Below, piece after piece: positions 27,707 to 32,000 of a DNA stretch of 32,000 nucleotides. The notes under the pieces were generated by a model. That model was not told the origin of the DNA. It made no database searches and saw only the letters and a program-made list of their open reading frames with translations. The position numbers were made by a program, and so were the translations under genes. The stretch spans positions 51,717 through 83,716 of the forward strand of contig NZ_KK211322.1 in NCBI RefSeq assembly GCF_000621645.1, read 5' to 3'. Numbering within the stretch: position 1 is the first letter of the stretch; each line of letters opens with the position of its first letter. The stretch comes from Vibrio cholerae ATCC 14035 (lineage in GTDB: Bacteria > Pseudomonadota > Gammaproteobacteria > Enterobacterales > Vibrionaceae).

Positions 27707-29504
27707 GCTCTGCCCAGCTGATTTCACGCTGAACCACACATTGTTCATCAATACTTAGCACACCCGTTTGTCCATCAATCGTATAGCCTTCGACGATTTT
27801 CATCTGTGGAAGTTCCACCATCAAACGGTAGGCATCCATCCCCAGAGCTTGCAAGCGGCGCTCTGCATTTGAGCTTTCGGGCCAGATTTGGGTTAGCTGC
27901 TCTTTGATACTTGGCGCTGGCTGTATCAGCAGTGGAATATCACTGTAAGTCACGCCTGACAAATCTTCGTATTGGCGACCACCTGTGTTGCTGTTCGAGT
28001 TCGAGAACAGTTTTGGTGGACGGGTATCAGGGTTGATAGCCACTTCAATAAATGGCTTGATCAAGGTGAGTTCTGAGCTGTTTGCGACAATATACACAGC
28101 ATCGATATCACGGCGGCTACGAGGTTGGCTCTCTAAGCCCATACCAAGCAGAGATTCCATCTGCGCGATGTTTTGTTGGCTATCCTGTAAGCCAAAAATG
28201 GAGTTGATATTGCGTTGTAATTGACGCTTGTCGCCAAAAAGATTCACTGCCACTTTGTTTTTGCTGTAACGACGCCACTCTTCATTAAAGGCTTCAACCA
28301 CACGTTCACCATAAGCGTTTTGGGGCGCGAGGATCAGTGGGTAACGGTAGCCTTGAGTGAACAGATGTTTCGCCGCTTGTGCGACTTCTTGTTCAGGTGA
28401 TAGAGCGAGATAGCAAGCGCCCGCCGTCGTATCAATTTGATCCGGGATGTTCAGCGCCAACGTTGGGATCATTTGGCCACGGCTTTGTTGGAATTGCTGC
28501 AGTTTTTCGATATTACCTTTGATCAGTGGACCCACAACAAAATCAATTTGTTTGCTGGTCAGAATCGCATCAACAGATTCGAGCGTTTCGGCATTGGTAT
28601 CGATGATTGTCAACGTCGCGTTTGTTTGGCGATCGGCATCGTTCATCATGGCAAACACAAATCCATCACGAATAAATTGGGCCTGCTTAGCAAATTTACC
28701 AGTCAAGGGTAACAGTAAAGCGGTGTTAGTCGGCTTGACGATTTCTAAAGCCAAAATATCGGTAATGGCTTTAGGGGTATAAATTGCCGCTGGGTGCTGC
28801 GGATTTTCAGCCAGCCATTTTTCTAAGGTATTTTTCAGTTGTGGTAGATCGCTACCCAGCGTTTTCATATAGATCGCAAGCTGTAGCCAGCCATCCAACT
28901 GCGCTTCATCGGGCTCAGTAGAAAGCTTGATAATTTTGCTGGCGGAGTAGTGATTGAGGTTTGCCCAGATTTGATCCGCTAATGCTTCTTTGTCCTTGTT
29001 GGATGAAAGGCCGTACAGCGCCACTAACTCACGAGTGGAGTCAAAAGAGCGATCCAGAGCCGTGAATATGTCCGCACGAAGCTGGTGATATTGCTGCCAT
29101 TGAACTTGAGGTAACGACCAATTGGCTTGGAAACTCAGTTGCTCTAGAGCTTCTTGATATTGTTCGGTATTAGCTAATAACTGAGCGCGCAGCAGTTGCC
29201 ACTGCGCCTGCTGAGTTGGAGTCAAGGGCTGTTTCGCCAAGCGCATGATCAGAAGTTGGGCTTGATCGGGATTGTTTTCCTCTATGGCGGCTTTGAGAGC
29301 CATGATCAGCCAATCATTTTGCTGATTACCTTGGCTGGCATCGGCTCGCATCAAATACGTCTGCGCCGTTAAGAGTGGTTGAGCGGTAATATCGACCACA
29401 TCCGGTGACGAAGGTTGAGTCGAACAGGCCGATAAAACGATTGATAATGCAATCGGAGTGAGTAAGCGTGGTACACTGCGTCGCTGATGGTGGTTCATAG
29501 CCAT
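27693..29504 (-). CDS. lpoA: Penicillin-binding protein 1A activator lipoprotein LpoA
   Basis: Start at the ATG at 29504 (or 29498): MAMNHHQRRSVPRLLTPIALSIVLSAC|STQ lipoprotein signal. TPR-like N-domain and a periplasmic-binding-protein-like C-domain. The further 50 codons of ORF 27693..29654 would read through the divergent rsmI start and are rejected. Confidence 0.88.
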   Translation of the reverse strand: MAMNHHQRRSVPRLLTPIALSIVLSACSTQPSSPDVVDITAQPLLTAQTYLMRADASQGNQQNDWLIMALKAAIEENNPDQAQLLIMRLAKQPLTPTQQAQWQLLRAQLLANTEQYQEALEQLSFQANWSLPQVQWQQYHQLRADIFTALDRSFDSTRELVALYGLSSNKDKEALADQIWANLNHYSASKIIKLSTEPDEAQLDGWLQLAIYMKTLGSDLPQLKNTLEKWLAENPQHPAAIYTPKAITDILALEIVKPTNTALLLPLTGKFAKQAQFIRDGFVFAMMNDADRQTNATLTIIDTNAETLESVDAILTSKQIDFVVGPLIKGNIEKLQQFQQSRGQMIPTLALNIPDQIDTTAGACYLALSPEQEVAQAAKHLFTQGYRYPLILAPQNAYGERVVEAFNEEWRRYSKNKVAVNLFGDKRQLQRNINSIFGLQDSQQNIAQMESLLGMGLESQPRSRRDIDAVYIVANSSELTLIKPFIEVAINPDTRPPKLFSNSNSNTGGRQYEDLSGVTYSDIPLLIQPAPSIKEQLTQIWPESSNAERRLQALGMDAYRLMVELPQMKIVEGYTIDGQTGVLSIDEQCVVQREISWAEHGVR

Positions 29505-29567
29505 GAGTTCTTTCGTTAGTCCGTGTAAAATTGTCTCTATATTAATCGTTGATGTGATGGTAAACAA

Positions 29568-30434
29568 ATGACAGATAATAAAACCGTGCCAAATGGTGCT
29601 CCAATTCTTTATATTGTCCCAACCCCGATTGGTAATCTGGGTGACATCACACAACGCGCTCTGGATGTATTAGCCAGTGTCGATATGATTGCCGTTGAAG
29701 ATACGCGTCATACCGGAAAATTATTAGCTCACTTCAACATCTCGACCAAAACGTTTGCTTTGCACGATCATAATGAGCAGCAGAAAGCCCAAGTCTTAGT
29801 GGATAAACTGCTCTCTGGTCTATCGATTGCCTTAGTGTCCGATGCTGGCACGCCTCTGATCAGTGATCCAGGTTATCATTTAGTCACTCAATGTCGTCAA
29901 GCAGGCGTTAAAGTTGTGCCACTTCCAGGGCCATGTGCGGTGATCACAGCGCTGAGTGCATCAGGCCTGCCATCTGATAGTTTTAGCTTTGAAGGTTTTT
30001 TGCCGGCAAAAAGCAAAGCACGTAAGGATAAACTATTAGAGATCGCGAAAGTGAGCCGTACCTGTATTTTTTATGAATCGCCACACCGGATCTGCGAGTC
30101 ACTGCAAGATATGTTAGATGTACTTGGTGGCGAGCGTGAAGTGGTACTTGCCCGTGAACTCACCAAAACCTTCGAAACAATTCAAGGTATGCCTTTGGCT
30201 GAGTTGATTACGTGGATTGCTGAAGATGATAACCGTAAGAAAGGCGAAATGGTGCTGTTGGTGCATGGATATCGGGATGCGGGTGAGCAGCAACTGCCAG
30301 ATGAGGCTCTACGCACCTTAACGATTTTGACTAAAGAGCTGCCATTGAAAAAAGCTGCTGCCTTAGTGGCTGAAATTCACCAGTTGAAAAAGAATGCATT
30401 GTATAAATGGGGCTTGGAGAATTTAGGCGAATAA
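29568..30434 (+). CDS. rsmI: 16S rRNA (cytidine1402-2'-O)-methyltransferase
   Basis: 288 aa. [15 protein letters not shown] and [11 protein letters not shown] motifs of the tetrapyrrole-methylase-fold RsmI family. Divergent from lpoA, as in E. coli. Confidence 0.93.
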   Translation: MTDNKTVPNGAPILYIVPTPIGNLGDITQRALDVLASVDMIAVEDTRHTGKLLAHFNISTKTFALHDHNEQQKAQVLVDKLLSGLSIALVSDAGTPLISDPGYHLVTQCRQAGVKVVPLPGPCAVITALSASGLPSDSFSFEGFLPAKSKARKDKLLEIAKVSRTCIFYESPHRICESLQDMLDVLGGEREVVLARELTKTFETIQGMPLAELITWIAEDDNRKKGEMVLLVHGYRDAGEQQLPDEALRTLTILTKELPLKKAAALVAEIHQLKKNALYKWGLENLGE

Positions 30435-30602
30435 TTTTCTCTTCTATCCATTTCCTACTTGAAGCTGTAGCGGTGTTGGCAGAATTTGCTCACCCCAATC
30501 ACAGAGTGTATCTATGCTCGTGGGGATTCACTCATTTGCCGCCGGCCTGCAACACCAAGTCGTTTAGGTATATTTATTACCGCTGGAAGTGATACCCATC
30601 TG

Positions 30603-30632
30603 AAAACAAAAAAGGGCGCGGATGCGCCCTTT
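30603..30632 (-). terminator. Rho-independent terminator of hapR
   Basis: GGGCGC (30614-19), loop GGAT, GCGCCC (30624-29). On the minus strand it is followed by TTTTTTGTTTT. It lies 16 nt past the hapR stop. Confidence 0.8.
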
Positions 30633-30647
30633 GTGCTGCCCAAGAAA

Positions 30648-31259
30648 CTAGTTCTTATAGATACACAGCATATTGAGGTAGCTATCGGCCAACTTATACA
30701 CTGCTTCTTGTTCACCTAAACGGTTCACTTGTAAGAAGATGGAGTAGAAGATGCCGTGGAACAGGCTGGCCATGTTATCGACATCGTGTTTCTCACACAA
30801 TTCGCCACGCTCCATCGCTTTCATAAACATGTTTCTGATCAGCAGTTGGTTAGTTCGGTTGGTGGAAACAAACAGTGGCCAAACTTCGTCACGGGTTGAA
30901 GCACTCCACTCAAACCAGACTTTGAGCCAGTGACAATCGGTCATCGCCAATTTCACCATCTCTTTGCACAGAGTTTGTAGGTTGGTTTTCACATCCAAAT
31001 CAAGATCGATGTGATCGGTCAAGAAGTTGGAGTACTGACGAACCACAAAATTCAGCACATCGTCAACCAAGTCTTCACGAGTTGGGAAGTAGTTGAACAC
31101 TGTTGCAACGGAGACTTGCGCAATCTCGGCAATATCTGCGTGACCACCACGACCAATGCCGCGTTTAGCAAACACTTCCAACGCGATTTCCATCAGTTGT
31201 AGTTTGCGTTTTTGAGGCGATAGCCGAGTTCGAGGGCGTTTTTCGATTGATGCGTCCAT
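30648..31259 (-). CDS. hapR: Quorum-sensing master regulator HapR (TetR family, LuxR/SmcR/OpaR orthologue), full length
   Basis: 203 aa, MDASIEKRPRTRLSPQKRKLQLMEIALEVFAKRGIGRGGHADIAEIAQVSVATVFNYFPTREDLV...LNMLCIYKN. I recognise this as V. cholerae HapR. AAGGA lies 9 nt upstream of the ATG at 31259. The ORF-track start at 31298 lies in the 5'UTR. Confidence 0.97.
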   Translation of the reverse strand: MDASIEKRPRTRLSPQKRKLQLMEIALEVFAKRGIGRGGHADIAEIAQVSVATVFNYFPTREDLVDDVLNFVVRQYSNFLTDHIDLDLDVKTNLQTLCKEMVKLAMTDCHWLKVWFEWSASTRDEVWPLFVSTNRTNQLLIRNMFMKAMERGELCEKHDVDNMASLFHGIFYSIFLQVNRLGEQEAVYKLADSYLNMLCIYKN

Positions 31260-31269
31260 AGGGGTATAT

Positions 31270-31295
31270 CCTTGCCAATTGAGTTGTTGATTGAG
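31270..31295 (-). promoter_or_regulatory. Probable Qrr sRNA pairing site in the hapR 5'UTR
   Basis: The mRNA reads CUCAAUCAACAACUCAAUUGGCAAGG just upstream of, and overlapping, the RBS. It is largely complementary to the conserved Qrr core as I remember it (...CCUAGCCAACUGACGUUGUUAGUGAA...). Confidence 0.5.
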
Positions 31296-31343
31296 CATTT
31301 TGCTCTAATGATTATTTTGTTATTTGCTACTTAAAGCCCTATG

Positions 31344-31372
31344 AGTGTAATGGTGCATATATTCAAGGTCAA
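31344..31372 (-). promoter_or_regulatory. Candidate sigma70 promoter of hapR
   Basis: The minus strand reads TTGACC (31372-31367), 17-nt spacer, TACACT (31349-31344). This predicts a 5'UTR of roughly 75-80 nt. Confidence 0.5.
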
Positions 31373-31473
31373 TCTCTGTTGGGTGAAAAATGTGCAACTA
31401 TGTTAATTATTTGTCGTTTCAGCTTGTTTTATTGAGTGGGTACATAACAAAGCGAGGATGAGTAGGGAAACGA

Positions 31474-31502
31474 TTAACAGGATTTGAGTGAAGTGGTACT
31501 AT
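31474..31502 (+). promoter_or_regulatory. Candidate sigma70 promoter of hpt
   Basis: TTAACA (31474-79), 17-nt spacer, TACTAT (31497-31502), about 50 nt upstream of the hpt ATG. Confidence 0.4.
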
Positions 31503-31554
31503 ACGCGCCACCAAAGTCAGCGATACTGACATCGCCCAACACAACGAGAATGGT

Positions 31555-32000
31555 ATGAAACACACAGTTGAAGTCATGATTTCTGAGCAAGAGGTCGCCC
31601 AGCGCATTCGCGAATTAGGTCAACAGATCACTGAGCATTATCAAGGGAGTAGTGATTTAGTTTTGGTTGGATTGCTGCGTGGTTCTTTTGTTTTTATGGC
31701 GGATCTTGCTCGTCAAATTCATCTGACTCATCAAGTCGATTTTATGACCGCCTCTAGCTATGGCAACAGTATGCAAAGCTCACGTGATGTGCGCATTCTG
31801 AAAGATCTCGATGATGACATCAAAGGTAAAGATGTATTGCTGGTGGAAGATATTATCGATACAGGGAATACCTTAAACAAAGTGAAAGAGATTCTGGCGC
31901 TGCGTGAGCCTAAATCGATCCGTATTTGCACACTATTGGATAAGCCAACCCGTCGTGAAGTGGACGTTGAAGTGAATTGGGTCGGTTTTGAAATTCCTGA
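31555..32000 (+). CDS. hpt: Hypoxanthine phosphoribosyltransferase (3'-truncated by the window edge)
   Basis: Hand-translated from the ATG at 31555: [29 protein letters not shown]...[17 protein letters not shown] (PRPP-binding motif)...VNWVGFEIP. There is no stop before position 32000. It is absent from the ORF track because it is open-ended. Confidence 0.93.
   Translation, partial: MKHTVEVMISEQEVAQRIRELGQQITEHYQGSSDLVLVGLLRGSFVFMADLARQIHLTHQVDFMTASSYGNSMQSSRDVRILKDLDDDIKGKDVLLVEDIIDTGNTLNKVKEILALREPKSIRICTLLDKPTRREVDVEVNWVGFEIP

Overview
This window is conserved core chromosome, most consistent with Vibrio cholerae chromosome 1. The TetR-family protein at 30648-31259 is recognisably HapR, and the gene order matches what I recall as roughly VC0549-VC0585; no search could be run. 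I call 33 protein genes (about 90% of the bases by my own length sum) plus one 5'-truncated tRNA-Arg(ACG). In order: tRNA-Arg; oadGAB (Na+-pumping oxaloacetate decarboxylase); an MDR-family quinone oxidoreductase translationally coupled to yqaA; a 951-aa two-module M16 lipoprotein peptidase; gshA; luxS; corB(yfjD)-ypjD (minus strand); ffh; rpsP-rimM-trmD-rplS; degS and degQ/htrA (minus); zapG(yhcB) divergent from zapE; rplM-rpsI; petABC (cytochrome bc1); sspAB; dolP-diaA-yraN-lpoA (minus) divergent from rsmI; hapR (minus); hpt (runs off the 3' edge). Rho-independent terminators are readable at nearly every operon end. I found no integrase, transposase, IS end, CRISPR array, repeat family, toxin-antitoxin pair or orphan multi-gene cluster. 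Every ORF over 100 aa is either a well-known family or an antisense shadow of one. I therefore do not claim a novel system here; the prompt's suggestion is not supported by what I can read. The observations worth a second look are regulatory or comparative. They include an intact hapR with readable promoter, 5'UTR and Qrr-pairing site; a multi-hairpin rplM leader; a sigmaE-type promoter ahead of degQ; and a triple ACATGT motif in the zapG/zapE divergent region. They also include UUG starts for gshA and corB, and lineage-specific insertions (oadGAB plus oxidoreductase, M16 peptidase, petABC, hapR) into E. coli-like synteny blocks whose junctions fall at convergent shared terminators.
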